A DNA stretch of 64,000 nt from an uncultured Solirubrobacterales bacterium. Its GTDB lineage: Bacteria; Actinomycetota; Thermoleophilia; Solirubrobacterales; 70-9. Shown piece after piece: positions 40,301 to 48,982 of the stretch. Where the stretch lies: the NCBI GenBank assembly GCA_963799835.1, contig CAWCYE010000001.1, positions 96,024 through 160,023 on the forward strand. The letters are read 5' to 3'. Under the pieces are notes generated by a model. That model saw nothing but the letters and a program-made list of their open reading frames with translations, did not search any database and was not told where the DNA came from. The first letter of the stretch is position 1. Each line of letters opens with the position of its first letter. The position numbers and the translations under genes are program-made.

Positions 40301-40635
40301 TATCGGACTGGCCGTCGCCGCCCGGGCTTGGTGCGGCCGCGCGCCTCCAGCCTCGGCTGGCTCGACTCCGAGGCTGGGACCCGTCTCAGGCTCCCGAGCT
40401 CGGGGATCAGCAGCTCTTCGGCACAGCGCCGGTGCCAGTGGTGATGGTCTGTGCCGCCCAGGCGGCGCACGAACTGGACGACCGTGTGCTCCTCGCCCAC
40501 CGGGATGTCGCCGTGGCAGCCGGGGCAGTGGTAGAGCTTGCGCGCGATCCCCCGGATCAGCCAGGCCTCGTCGCCCTCTTCGTTCAGGCCGCGCAGGCTC
40601 CAGCGGATGCTGGGTTGGCCCTCGAACTCGGCCAT
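40300..40635 (-). CDS. Cys/His-rich small protein (putative zinc-binding)
   Basis: YHCPGCHGDIP...DHHHWHRRC. Confidence 0.5.
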   Translation of the reverse strand: MAEFEGQPSIRWSLRGLNEEGDEAWLIRGIARKLYHCPGCHGDIPVGEEHTVVQFVRRLGGTDHHHWHRRCAEELLIPELGSLRRVPASESSQPRLEARGRTKPGRRRPVR

Positions 40636-40636
40636 C

Positions 40637-41020
40637 TCAACGCCTTGCCATCCAGGCGAAGCCCGCCGCCATCGCCAGGTTCGAGATCCCGGCGAGTTGC
40701 AGGCCGAGCTTCGCGCCGGGGCGGCTGACGGCCGGCGAGCGCGACCAGAGGGCGTCGGTGGCGATCTCGGTCCCGCGCAGCCAGGCCAGCGCCTTCCAGT
40801 CGCCGGGGTCGCCCCGGCGCTCGGCGACGGCGTGCGCCGCGGCGAAGGTCAGCCAGATCGGGCCGCAGCGGCGAAAGAGGTGAGTGGCGTCGGGCGAGGG
40901 CTCCTCGTGCCCCAGCACTTTCAGGGTCGCCGCGGGCGCCGCGATCGCCGCCGTCCCGAGCACCAGGTCGAAGGCGATCATGTTGCGGTTGGTCAGGCGC
41001 AGGGCCTCTTCCAGCGTCAT
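40637..41020 (-). CDS. Hypothetical membrane protein
   Basis: ORF with 3-4 hydrophobic segments, tightly packed with its neighbours. Confidence 0.45.
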   Translation of the reverse strand: MTLEEALRLTNRNMIAFDLVLGTAAIAAPAATLKVLGHEEPSPDATHLFRRCGPIWLTFAAAHAVAERRGDPGDWKALAWLRGTEIATDALWSRSPAVSRPGAKLGLQLAGISNLAMAAGFAWMARR

Positions 41021-41115
41021 CGCACCGACAATCCAACCAGATCGGAGGCGGGGCGACGGCGCCGATGCGAAGTTGCCCGGAAGGGAAAGGGTGAGCTTCG
41101 GCGAATTGGACCGCC

Positions 41116-41967
41116 GTGACCAAGACTGCGACGAAGTCCCCCCAACTCAAGAGCCTTTCCGACTACATCCAGGAGCGCTTCGAAGAATTCTCGCGCTCCC
41201 AGAAAGACGTTGCCCGCTACATCGTCGACCATCTCGACGAGGCTGCTTTCCTCACCGCCGAGGAGCTGGCCCGGAGAGCGAGCACCTCCTCATCGACGGT
41301 GGTGCGCTTCTCCCAGGCCCTCGGCTTCGAGGGGTATCCCGAGCTCCAGCAGGCGGCGATCGAGGAGTACCGCAACACGATCGCCGCCAGCGGCACCGCC
41401 AACGGGGGTGCGCTCTTCTCCTTCGACCACTCCGAGTTGGAGGGATCGCTGACGGCCGACTGGGCGAACCTCGAGGAAACTGCGCGGAACCTGACGCCCG
41501 AACAGGTCGACGCGTCGGTCTCGGCGCTGGCGACCGCGCAGCGGATCGTCATCGTCGGCGTCGACCAGATGGCCTTCTTCGCCAGCTACCTCCGCCACAC
41601 CCTCAGCCTGCTCGACATCCGTTCCGAGATCGTCGCCTCGACCGGCGGCGAGTCCCTGCAGCGACTGGGCCGGATCGACGAGGAGACGCTGGTGATCACC
41701 CTTTCAGCCGGCCGCGCCCACCCGCTGCTGCTGCGGGCGATGAAGCTGGCGCTGCACCGCGGCGCCCGCACGCTGGCGATCTCCGACGCGACGATGTCGG
41801 AGGTCGGCGAGCACGCCGAGCTGACCCTCTACTTCTCCTCCAACAGCCCCTCCTTCACGCGCTCCAACACGGCGCTGATGGCGCTCGTTCAAGCCCTCGC
41901 TCACGGTCTCTATGCGCGAGATGAAGCTGCGCACAAAGACCGAATTCGCGCTTACAAACTCAAGTAG
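41116..41967 (+). CDS. MurR/RpiR-family transcriptional regulator (HTH plus SIS domain)
   Basis: SQKDVARYIVDHLDEAAFLTAEELARRASTSSSTVVRFSQALGFEGYPELQ, followed by a SIS domain. Confidence 0.85.
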   Translation: MTKTATKSPQLKSLSDYIQERFEEFSRSQKDVARYIVDHLDEAAFLTAEELARRASTSSSTVVRFSQALGFEGYPELQQAAIEEYRNTIAASGTANGGALFSFDHSELEGSLTADWANLEETARNLTPEQVDASVSALATAQRIVIVGVDQMAFFASYLRHTLSLLDIRSEIVASTGGESLQRLGRIDEETLVITLSAGRAHPLLLRAMKLALHRGARTLAISDATMSEVGEHAELTLYFSSNSPSFTRSNTALMALVQALAHGLYARDEAAHKDRIRAYKLK

Positions 41968-42091
41968 CGCGGAGGAGCGCAGGCCGGCGGGTCCTGTCGC
42001 GCATGGGACTCTTCGTCCTCGCAAGCTGCGGGCGAAGAGCCCCATCCACGCCACCCGCCGGTCAGCCGCCCCGTCCACGTAAGATGGCTTG

Positions 42092-42979
42092 ATGGCCGAG
42101 CGAGCGACGTTTCGATTGAAGACTGGGTTGGCGGAGATGCTGAAGGGCGGCGTGATCATGGACGTGGTCACGCCCGATGAGGCGAGGATCGCCGAGGAGG
42201 CGGGTGCCTGCGCGGTGATGGCACTGGAACGCGTGCCGGCCGACATCCGCCGCGACGGAGGGGTCGCCCGGATGTCCGACCCGGCGATGATCAAGGGGAT
42301 CCAGGAGGCGGTGAGCATCCCGGTGATGGCGAAGGCGCGGATCGGCCACTTCGCCGAGGCCCAGGTTCTGCAGGCGCTCGAGGTCGACTACGTCGACGAG
42401 TCGGAGGTGCTGACCCCGGCCGACGAGGCCAACCACATCGACAAGCTCGCCTTCGAGGTGCCGTTCGTCTGCGGCGCCACCAACCTCGGTGAGGCGCTGC
42501 GGCGAATCGGCGAGGGGGCGGCGATGATCCGCTCCAAGGGCGAGGCGGGCACCGGCAACGTCGTCGAGGCGGTCCGGCACATGCGAGAGATCACCTCCGG
42601 GATCAAGCGCCTCGCGCAGCTGCGCCCCGAGGAGCTTGCCGGCGCCGCGAAACAGCACCAGTCGCCGCTCGAAGTGGTCGAGGAGGTTGCCGCGGCCGGG
42701 CGCCTGCCGGTGCCGCTCTTCTGCGCCGGTGGGATCGCGACCCCGGCCGACGCGGCGCTGATGATGCAGCTCGGTGCCGAGGGCAACTTCGTCGGCTCCG
42801 GGATCTTCAAGAGCGCCGACCCCGAGCGTCGCGCCCGGGCGATCGTCGAGGCGACCACCCACTTCGCCGACCCCGAGCGCGTCACGGCGGCCTCGATCGG
42901 CCTCGGCGAGGCGATGCCGGGGCTCGAGATCGCCGGTCTCGAAGCCGAGAACGCGCTCCTCCAGAACCGCGGAGCCTGA
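42092..42979 (+). CDS. pdxS: Pyridoxal 5'-phosphate synthase subunit PdxS
   Basis: [25 protein letters not shown] and [14 protein letters not shown] motifs. Confidence 0.97.
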   Translation: MAERATFRLKTGLAEMLKGGVIMDVVTPDEARIAEEAGACAVMALERVPADIRRDGGVARMSDPAMIKGIQEAVSIPVMAKARIGHFAEAQVLQALEVDYVDESEVLTPADEANHIDKLAFEVPFVCGATNLGEALRRIGEGAAMIRSKGEAGTGNVVEAVRHMREITSGIKRLAQLRPEELAGAAKQHQSPLEVVEEVAAAGRLPVPLFCAGGIATPADAALMMQLGAEGNFVGSGIFKSADPERRARAIVEATTHFADPERVTAASIGLGEAMPGLEIAGLEAENALLQNRGA

Positions 42980-42981
42980 CG

Positions 42982-43560
42982 CTGCGCGTCGGCGTCCTAG
43001 CCGTTCAGGGCGGCTTCGAGGCACATGCCCGGGCCCTGCGCCAGCTCGGCGCGGCCAACGTAACGGAGGTGCGCACGCCCGAGGACCTCGTCGACCTCGA
43101 CGGTTTGGTGATCCCCGGCGGCGAGAGCACGACGATTGCCAAGGGGATCGACTCGGCCGGGCTGGAGCCCGCCATGCGGGCCCACCACGAGGCCGGCCGG
43201 CCGATCCTCGGCACCTGCGCCGGCCTGATCCTCTGCGACGCGGAGCACCTCGGCTTCCTCGATGCCACCGCCAGGCGCAACGCCTTCGGCCGCCAGCTGC
43301 AGAGCTTCGAGGCGGACCTCGAGGTGGAGGGGATAGGCGACGAGCCGCTGCGCGCGATCTTCATCCGGGCTCCCTGGGTCGAGAGCCACGGCCCCGGGGT
43401 GGAGGTCCTGGCCTCCCACGACGGGCACCCGGTGGCGATCCGCGAGGGGAACGTGCTCGCCTCGGCCTTTCACCCGGAGCTGACCGACGACTCCCGCTTT
43501 CAGGCGATGTTCATGGCGATGATCGCGAGCGCGCAAGAGAAAGAGGGGGCGAAACGATGA
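42982..43560 (+). CDS. pdxT: PLP synthase glutaminase subunit PdxT (apparent CTG start)
   Basis: The conserved N-terminus RVGVLAVQGGFEAH and LVIPGGESTT lie upstream of the first ATG/GTG/TTG at 43069. The only start-like in-frame codons are CTG at 42976 and 42982. Confidence 0.85.
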   Translation: MRVGVLAVQGGFEAHARALRQLGAANVTEVRTPEDLVDLDGLVIPGGESTTIAKGIDSAGLEPAMRAHHEAGRPILGTCAGLILCDAEHLGFLDATARRNAFGRQLQSFEADLEVEGIGDEPLRAIFIRAPWVESHGPGVEVLASHDGHPVAIREGNVLASAFHPELTDDSRFQAMFMAMIASAQEKEGAKR

Positions 43561-44663
43561 CCGGAGACCCGCGTGTCCGGGGACTGGCGAAGATCCTGGT
43601 CGGCTACTCGACCGAGGTCAAGGAGGGCGACGTCGTCTCGATCGACGGCGAGAGCGCCGCCGCGCCGCTGCTCCTGGCGGTCTACGAGGAGGTGCTCAAG
43701 GCCGGGGCCAACCCGATCCTCAACGTCGCCCTCGAGGGCCAGATCGCCTCCTACTTCAAACACGCTTCCGACTCCCAGCTGGAATGGATCTCGCCGTTCG
43801 CGGAGTGGATGGTCGACAACGCCGACGTGCGGATCGCGGTCGGGGCCAGCACCAACACCCGCGAGCTCTCCGGAGTGCCGCCGGACCGCCAGACGCTGCG
43901 ACAGTCGGTTACCGGCGACCTGATGGCGCGGGCGATGAAGCGCAGTGCTGAGGGTGATTTCCGCTGGTGCTACACGCTCTACCCGACCAGCGCCTACGCG
44001 TCCGAGGCGGAGATGAGCCTGGCCGACTACGAACACTTCTACTACGCCGCCTGCCTGGCCGGCGACCCCGACCCGCTCGGCGCCTGGAGACGCGCGTCCG
44101 AGGAGACCGAACGGCTGGCGGAATGGATCGAGGGCCACCAGGAGGTGCGGGTCACCGCGCCGGGGACCGACATCACCCTCGGCATCGCCGGCCGCAAGTT
44201 CATCCCCTGCGCCGGGCGCCACAACATGCCCGACGGCGAGTTCTTCACCGGGCCGATCGAGGACTCGGTGCAGGGCGAGGTCAGCTTCCACCTGCCGGCG
44301 GTGATCGGGGGTCGTGAGGTCTCCGGGGTGCGTCTGCGCTTCGAGGCCGGCAAGGTGGTCGACGCCGCCGCCGAGCGAGGCGAGGAGTACCTGCTGAAAC
44401 TCCTCGACACCGACGAGGGCGCGCGGCGGCTCGGCGAGCTCGGGATCGGCACCAACTACGGGATCGACCGCGGCACCCGCGAGGTCCTGCTCGACGAGAA
44501 GATCGGCGGCACCGTCCACATGGCGGTCGGGACCAGCTATCCGGAGTCCGGCGGGGAAAACGAGTCGGCCGTCCACACCGACCTCGTCTGCGACCTCCGC
44601 CTCGGCGGCAAGCTCGAAGTCGATGGCGTGACGATGCAAGAAAACGGCAAGTTCCTGGTCTGA
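43557..44663 (+). CDS. M29-family aminopeptidase (AmpS/PepS-like)
   Basis: LAKILVGYSTEVKEGDVV, MPDGEFFTGP and GTNYGI motifs. ATGA overlap with pdxT. Confidence 0.8.
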   Translation: MTGDPRVRGLAKILVGYSTEVKEGDVVSIDGESAAAPLLLAVYEEVLKAGANPILNVALEGQIASYFKHASDSQLEWISPFAEWMVDNADVRIAVGASTNTRELSGVPPDRQTLRQSVTGDLMARAMKRSAEGDFRWCYTLYPTSAYASEAEMSLADYEHFYYAACLAGDPDPLGAWRRASEETERLAEWIEGHQEVRVTAPGTDITLGIAGRKFIPCAGRHNMPDGEFFTGPIEDSVQGEVSFHLPAVIGGREVSGVRLRFEAGKVVDAAAERGEEYLLKLLDTDEGARRLGELGIGTNYGIDRGTREVLLDEKIGGTVHMAVGTSYPESGGENESAVHTDLVCDLRLGGKLEVDGVTMQENGKFLV

Positions 44664-44758
44664 CGCCGCCGGACCGGCGCATGTCGGCGTCCTCGGTCGC
44701 TCGCGTGCAGAGCACGCCACGCTCCCTGCGTCCTTGACCTGCTTGGTCCGGCGACGTC
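44662..44758. repeat. Copy B of the roughly 100-nt structured intergenic repeat
   Basis: See 15631-15732. It is closed by gacgccgccggacc/ggtccggcgacgtc, with internal hairpin gcgtgc-aga-gcacgc. Confidence 0.75.
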
Positions 44759-44764
44759 AGAGGT

Positions 44765-44926
44765 TTAGGTCTGGATGAGGATGGTGGCGATCGTCCCAGC
44801 GAAGCCGACGATCATTGCGGCCCAATAGACGAGAAGGAGCCGGACCAGGGCGCGGAACTCCTCATCCACGCGGCCATTCAGGTCGTCCAGCCGCTCGTCG
44901 GTCCACGCTTCTCTCACCGCTGCCAT
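44765..44926 (-). CDS. Possible 53-aa membrane-anchored small protein (below the ORF-track cutoff)
   Basis: ATG..TAA ORF encoding MAAVREAWTDERLDDLNGRVDEEFRALVRLLLVYWAAMIVGFAGTIATILIQT, a charged N-terminus followed by one TM helix. Confidence 0.35.
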   Translation of the reverse strand: MAAVREAWTDERLDDLNGRVDEEFRALVRLLLVYWAAMIVGFAGTIATILIQT

Positions 44927-44993
44927 TTTGGCACCTTAACCGGCGCCGCGTAACGTGTTGTGCGCGCAACGTAAAAGTTTCGTGCCGACTTCG

Positions 44994-45428
44994 CTACTGA
45001 TTTGGAATCGGCGAGCCGGCGAGGAGGAAGAACCAGAGGGTGAGGGCCAGCGCGGCCAGCATCACCGAGCCCATCAGCACCGCCTCGACCACGGTCACCG
45101 AGCTCGGCGCCGGAGCGGCGTCGCGCATGCTGCGCAGCCAGGTCGGGCGGATCGGCTCGAGGCGGTTGGTCCCGGTGATGCGGACGTAGAGGTTGTTGAG
45201 GCGGCCGATCAGCCAGGCAATGATGAGGATCGAGACGATGATCCCGACGGCGACGACCGCGTAGGGCCCGCTGCTCGGGAACTGGGTGTCGGAGACCTTG
45301 GAGCCGATATAGACCCAGCTCAGCGGGATCGCCGTCCACAGCGAGAAGGCGGCGAGCAGCATCGCCACGAATACGAGGCTGGCGGCCAGCGCCCTCGCCG
45401 GGTTGTGGGTTTGCGCCTTCGTGCTCAT
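44994..45428 (-). CDS. Hypothetical membrane protein
   Basis: Three or four clear hydrophobic helices. Confidence 0.5.
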   Translation of the reverse strand: MSTKAQTHNPARALAASLVFVAMLLAAFSLWTAIPLSWVYIGSKVSDTQFPSSGPYAVVAVGIIVSILIIAWLIGRLNNLYVRITGTNRLEPIRPTWLRSMRDAAPAPSSVTVVEAVLMGSVMLAALALTLWFFLLAGSPIPNQ

Positions 45429-45455
45429 CTCCCTACTTCATAGAATGGCACGGAC

Positions 45456-46205
45456 ATGTCCGGACATTCGAAGTGGTCCTCGATCAAACACAAGAAGGGC
45501 GCCGCCGACGCGAAACGCGGCAAGCTCTTCAGCAAGCTGGCGCGGGCGATCACGATCGCCGCCCGCGACGGGGGCGGCGACACGGACGGCAACCCTGCTT
45601 TGGCGACCGCGGTGCAGAAGGCCCGCGACGCGTCGATGCCGAAGGACAAAATCCAGAAGGCGATCGACACGGGCACCGGCGCCGGCTCCGACAGCGCCGC
45701 GATCGAGCGGGTCCTCTACGAGGGCTACGGGCCGGCCGGCGTCGCGGTACTGGTCGAAGCCCTGACCGATAACCGCAACCGCGCCAGCGCCGAGATCCGC
45801 TTTGCCTTCTCCAAACACGGCGGCAGCCTCGGCGAGCCGGGCTCGGTGGCCTGGATCTTCGAGAAAAAGGGCGCGGTTGCGGTCGACGGCGCTCGCTACG
45901 GCGAGGACGACCTGATCGCCGCGATCGACGCCGGCGCCGAGGACGTGCGCGAGGACGGGGAGGAGCTGAGGGTGATCTGCGACCCGGGCGACCTCAGTGC
46001 GGTCCGCGATGCCCTGGAGGGGGCGGGGGTAGAGGTCAAGTCGGCGACGATCGCGACGGAGCCGAAGAGCACCGTCGAGGTCAAGGGGCACGACGCCGAG
46101 CGGCTGCTGAAGCTGCTCGACGCCCTCGACGAGCAGGACGACGTGGACGAAGTCTTCGCGAACTTTGACATCCCCGAGGACGTGCTAGAGAAATTGGCCG
46201 CCTGA
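45456..46205 (+). CDS. yebC: YebC/PmpR-family transcriptional regulator
   Basis: MSGHSKWSSIKHKKGAADAKRGKLFSKL. Confidence 0.95.
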   Translation: MSGHSKWSSIKHKKGAADAKRGKLFSKLARAITIAARDGGGDTDGNPALATAVQKARDASMPKDKIQKAIDTGTGAGSDSAAIERVLYEGYGPAGVAVLVEALTDNRNRASAEIRFAFSKHGGSLGEPGSVAWIFEKKGAVAVDGARYGEDDLIAAIDAGAEDVREDGEELRVICDPGDLSAVRDALEGAGVEVKSATIATEPKSTVEVKGHDAERLLKLLDALDEQDDVDEVFANFDIPEDVLEKLAA

Positions 46206-46261
46206 GCGGACTTCCGTCCCCTGGGGGAAGGCATCCGACTGCCTTCCCAGAATCACCAGTC

Positions 46262-46786
46262 ATGCAGGTAGTGATGGGGATCGACCCCGGCGCCGCCAAC
46301 CTCGGCTTCGGCATAGTTCGCGTAGAGGGCAACCACATGGTCGCCCTCGACGGCGGCGTGGTCGAGACCAGCGCCGAGATGGCGATGGAGGGCCGCCTCG
46401 AGCGGATCCACCGGGCGCTCTCGGAGCTGATCGCCTGGCACGAGCCAAAGGCGATGGCGATAGAGCAGGTCTACTTCGGCAAGAACGTGCGCTCGGCGAT
46501 GGCGGTCGGCCAGGCGAGCGGGGTCGCGATGCTGGCAGCCTCCCAGCGCGGCGTCGAGTGCTTCTCCTACACGCCGCAGGCGATCAAGATGGCCGTCTGC
46601 GGCTCCGGTGCGGCCGGCAAGCGCCAGGTCCAGAAAATGGTCGGAACGCTGCTGGGGCTGCCGGAGCCCCCGACTCCCGACCACGCGGCGGACGCGCTGG
46701 CGGTGGCGATCTGCCACGGCGGCGGCGCCGGACACCGGCAGGCGGTGGCGGCCACCGGCGCGGCGGCGGAGCGGCTGGCGGGATGA
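46262..46786 (+). CDS. ruvC: Holliday junction resolvase RuvC
   Basis: [15 protein letters not shown], and [13 protein letters not shown] near the C-terminus. Confidence 0.93.
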   Translation: MQVVMGIDPGAANLGFGIVRVEGNHMVALDGGVVETSAEMAMEGRLERIHRALSELIAWHEPKAMAIEQVYFGKNVRSAMAVGQASGVAMLAASQRGVECFSYTPQAIKMAVCGSGAAGKRQVQKMVGTLLGLPEPPTPDHAADALAVAICHGGGAGHRQAVAATGAAAERLAG

Positions 46787-47379
46787 TCGCTGCGGTCCGG
46801 GGCGAGGTGATGGTGAGGCGCGCCGACCACGTGGTGGTCGACGCCGCCGGCGTCGGCTACCGGCTGGCCGTCTCCTCGGAGACCCTGAAAGCGGTGCCGG
46901 CGACCGGGCGCGACGTCTTCCTGCACGCCGAGCTGATCTCCCGCGACGACTCGCTCTCGCTCTACGGCTTCTCCTCGGAGGAGGAGCGCGACCTCTTCCG
47001 CCTGCTGATCACGGTCAGCGGCATCGGCCCCAAGGTCGCGATCGCGACCCTCTCCGGGGGTTCCGCCCGCGACCTCCTGCGGGCGATCGCGGCGGGCGAC
47101 GCCAAACGCTTCCAGGCGGTACCGGGGATCGGCAAGCGGACCTCCGAGCGGATCATCGTCGAGCTGCGCGAGAAGGTCGCGGGTGCGCTGGAGGAGGAGG
47201 TGGCGCTCGCGGCTGTGGAGAGCGGCGACGCCCGGGCCCTCGCTCGCGACGGCCTCGTCAACCTCGGCTACGCGCCGCTGGAGGCCGAGCAGTTGCTGAC
47301 CGGCCTGGAGGGCGAGGACCCGCAAGAGCTGGTGTCCAGCGCCTTGCGCAAGGCGGCCGCGGGCCGGAGCACGGCTTGA
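46783..47379 (+). CDS. ruvA: Holliday junction branch migration protein RuvA
   Basis: MIAAVRGEV...VGYRLAVS and HhH motifs VSGIGPKVA and [16 protein letters not shown] overlap. Confidence 0.93.
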   Translation: MIAAVRGEVMVRRADHVVVDAAGVGYRLAVSSETLKAVPATGRDVFLHAELISRDDSLSLYGFSSEEERDLFRLLITVSGIGPKVAIATLSGGSARDLLRAIAAGDAKRFQAVPGIGKRTSERIIVELREKVAGALEEEVALAAVESGDARALARDGLVNLGYAPLEAEQLLTGLEGEDPQELVSSALRKAAAGRSTA

Positions 47380-48467
47380 ACGAGTCGCCCGACATCGGCG
47401 CGAACCGGATCCGCACGCCCGGGATCGGTGAGGAGCCGGTGCCGATCGACGCCGAGGTGCGGGTCCACGACGCCCGCGCGGAGGCCCCGGACGAGGACCT
47501 CGACCGCTCGCTGCGGCCACCGACCCTCTCGGACTTCGTCAACCAGGAGCAGGTGACCGAGCAGCTCGCGATCTTCATCGAGGCGGCGACCCGCCGCGGC
47601 GAGCCGCTCGACCATGTCCTCCTCGCCGGCCCGCCCGGCCTCGGCAAGACCTCGCTCGCCCACATCGTCGCCGCCGAGCTCGGCGTGCCGATGGTCCAGA
47701 CCGCCGGCCCGGCGCTCGAGCGCAAGGCAGACGTCGCCTCCTTCCTCACCTCGCTGGAGCCCGGCAGCGTCTTCTTCATCGACGAGATCCACCGGCTTGG
47801 ACGGGCGGTCGAGGAGACCCTCTACCCGGCGATGGAGGACGGCGAGCTGCCCGTGGTACTCGGCCAGGGCGCGGGGGCGAGGACCGTGACCCTGCCGCTG
47901 CCGCCGTTCACCCTGGTCGGGGCGACCACCCGCGCCGGCCTGCTGACGACCCCGCTGCGAGATCGCTTCGGCGTCTCGCACCGCCTCGAGCACTACGGCG
48001 CCGAGCACCTCGCCCAGATCGTGACCCGCTCCGCGCGGATCCTCGAGGTCGAGATCGATGCCGAGGGCGCCCACACGATCGCCTCCCGCTCGCGGGGCAC
48101 CCCACGCGTCGCAAACCGCTTACTGAAGCGGGTTCGGGACTTCGCTCAAGTGAAGGGCAGCGGCGAGATCGGCGCCGCGGTCGCCGCCGGTGCCCTGGAG
48201 ATGCTCGAGGTCGACGCCGGCGGCCTCGACCGCAGCGACCGCGCCCTGCTGGACACCGTCGCGACCAAGTTCGGCGGCGGCCCCGTCGGCCTCTCGACCC
48301 TCGCGATCGCGATCGGCGAGGAGCAGGATACGATCGAGGACGTCTTCGAGCCCTACCTGCTGCAGCAGGGCCTGCTGAAGCGCACGCCTCGCGGCCGGGT
48401 GTTAACCCAGCGCGCTTACGACCATCTCGGGATACCGGCCCCGGAGGGCGCGGCGAGCCTCTTCTAG
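47376..48467 (+). CDS. ruvB: Holliday junction DNA helicase RuvB
   Basis: [34 protein letters not shown] and [10 protein letters not shown] motifs. TTG start overlapping the ruvA stop (uncertain). Confidence 0.93.
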   Translation: MNESPDIGANRIRTPGIGEEPVPIDAEVRVHDARAEAPDEDLDRSLRPPTLSDFVNQEQVTEQLAIFIEAATRRGEPLDHVLLAGPPGLGKTSLAHIVAAELGVPMVQTAGPALERKADVASFLTSLEPGSVFFIDEIHRLGRAVEETLYPAMEDGELPVVLGQGAGARTVTLPLPPFTLVGATTRAGLLTTPLRDRFGVSHRLEHYGAEHLAQIVTRSARILEVEIDAEGAHTIASRSRGTPRVANRLLKRVRDFAQVKGSGEIGAAVAAGALEMLEVDAGGLDRSDRALLDTVATKFGGGPVGLSTLAIAIGEEQDTIEDVFEPYLLQQGLLKRTPRGRVLTQRAYDHLGIPAPEGAASLF

Positions 48468-48491
48468 CTCCGCGTCGCTAGCCTGTCGAAT

Positions 48492-48980
48492 ATGCCGTTC
48501 TTCATCTGCCCGAATTGCGGGAACCGCGAGGTGAGCGGTGAGCGCACCGCCGGCTTCAGCCCGCGCCCGAAGGGCTGCTCGAAGTGCGGTTTCGGCTTTG
48601 TATTCGAATTACTCGACGATTATTATCCGGCTCCCAATGCTGCCTTTTTCGTATGCGACAAGCAGGAACGCGTGATCGACGCCGGTAAAGGCAGCTTCGA
48701 GCTCACCGGTTTGACCGATGAGGACGTGATCGGCCGGCCGGTGCGCGAGGTCCTCGGGCTCGACTGGATCGACGGCGGCGACGGCGGCGAGGCCGCCGAC
48801 ACCAACGGCGACGGCAACACCGATCCGATCGAGACTTCGCTGGAGTGGGGGGTTCGCTCGCTCGGCAAGCGCGTCGCGGTAAACGCCGAGGGAGACCTGC
48901 CGGCTCGCGCCGTGGCGGACGTCTTCCCCGCCTACGACGACGACGGCGGGCTGCTGCTCGTCCTCACGCCGGAGGGATAG
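48492..48980 (+). CDS. Zinc-ribbon plus PAS-like small protein
   Basis: CPNCGN..CSKCG ribbon, then FFVCDKQERVIDAGKGSFELTGLTDEDVIGRPVREVLG (PAS-like). Confidence 0.5.
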   Translation: MPFFICPNCGNREVSGERTAGFSPRPKGCSKCGFGFVFELLDDYYPAPNAAFFVCDKQERVIDAGKGSFELTGLTDEDVIGRPVREVLGLDWIDGGDGGEAADTNGDGNTDPIETSLEWGVRSLGKRVAVNAEGDLPARAVADVFPAYDDDGGLLLVLTPEG

Positions 48981-48982
48981 CG

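Noticed and set aside
42034-42072. The hairpin gggactcttcg...cgaagagcccc upstream of pdxS as a possible riboswitch or attenuator
   Set aside because: It is a single stem with no U-tail and no resemblance to any riboswitch I know. It may simply be the end of the rpiR-like transcript.
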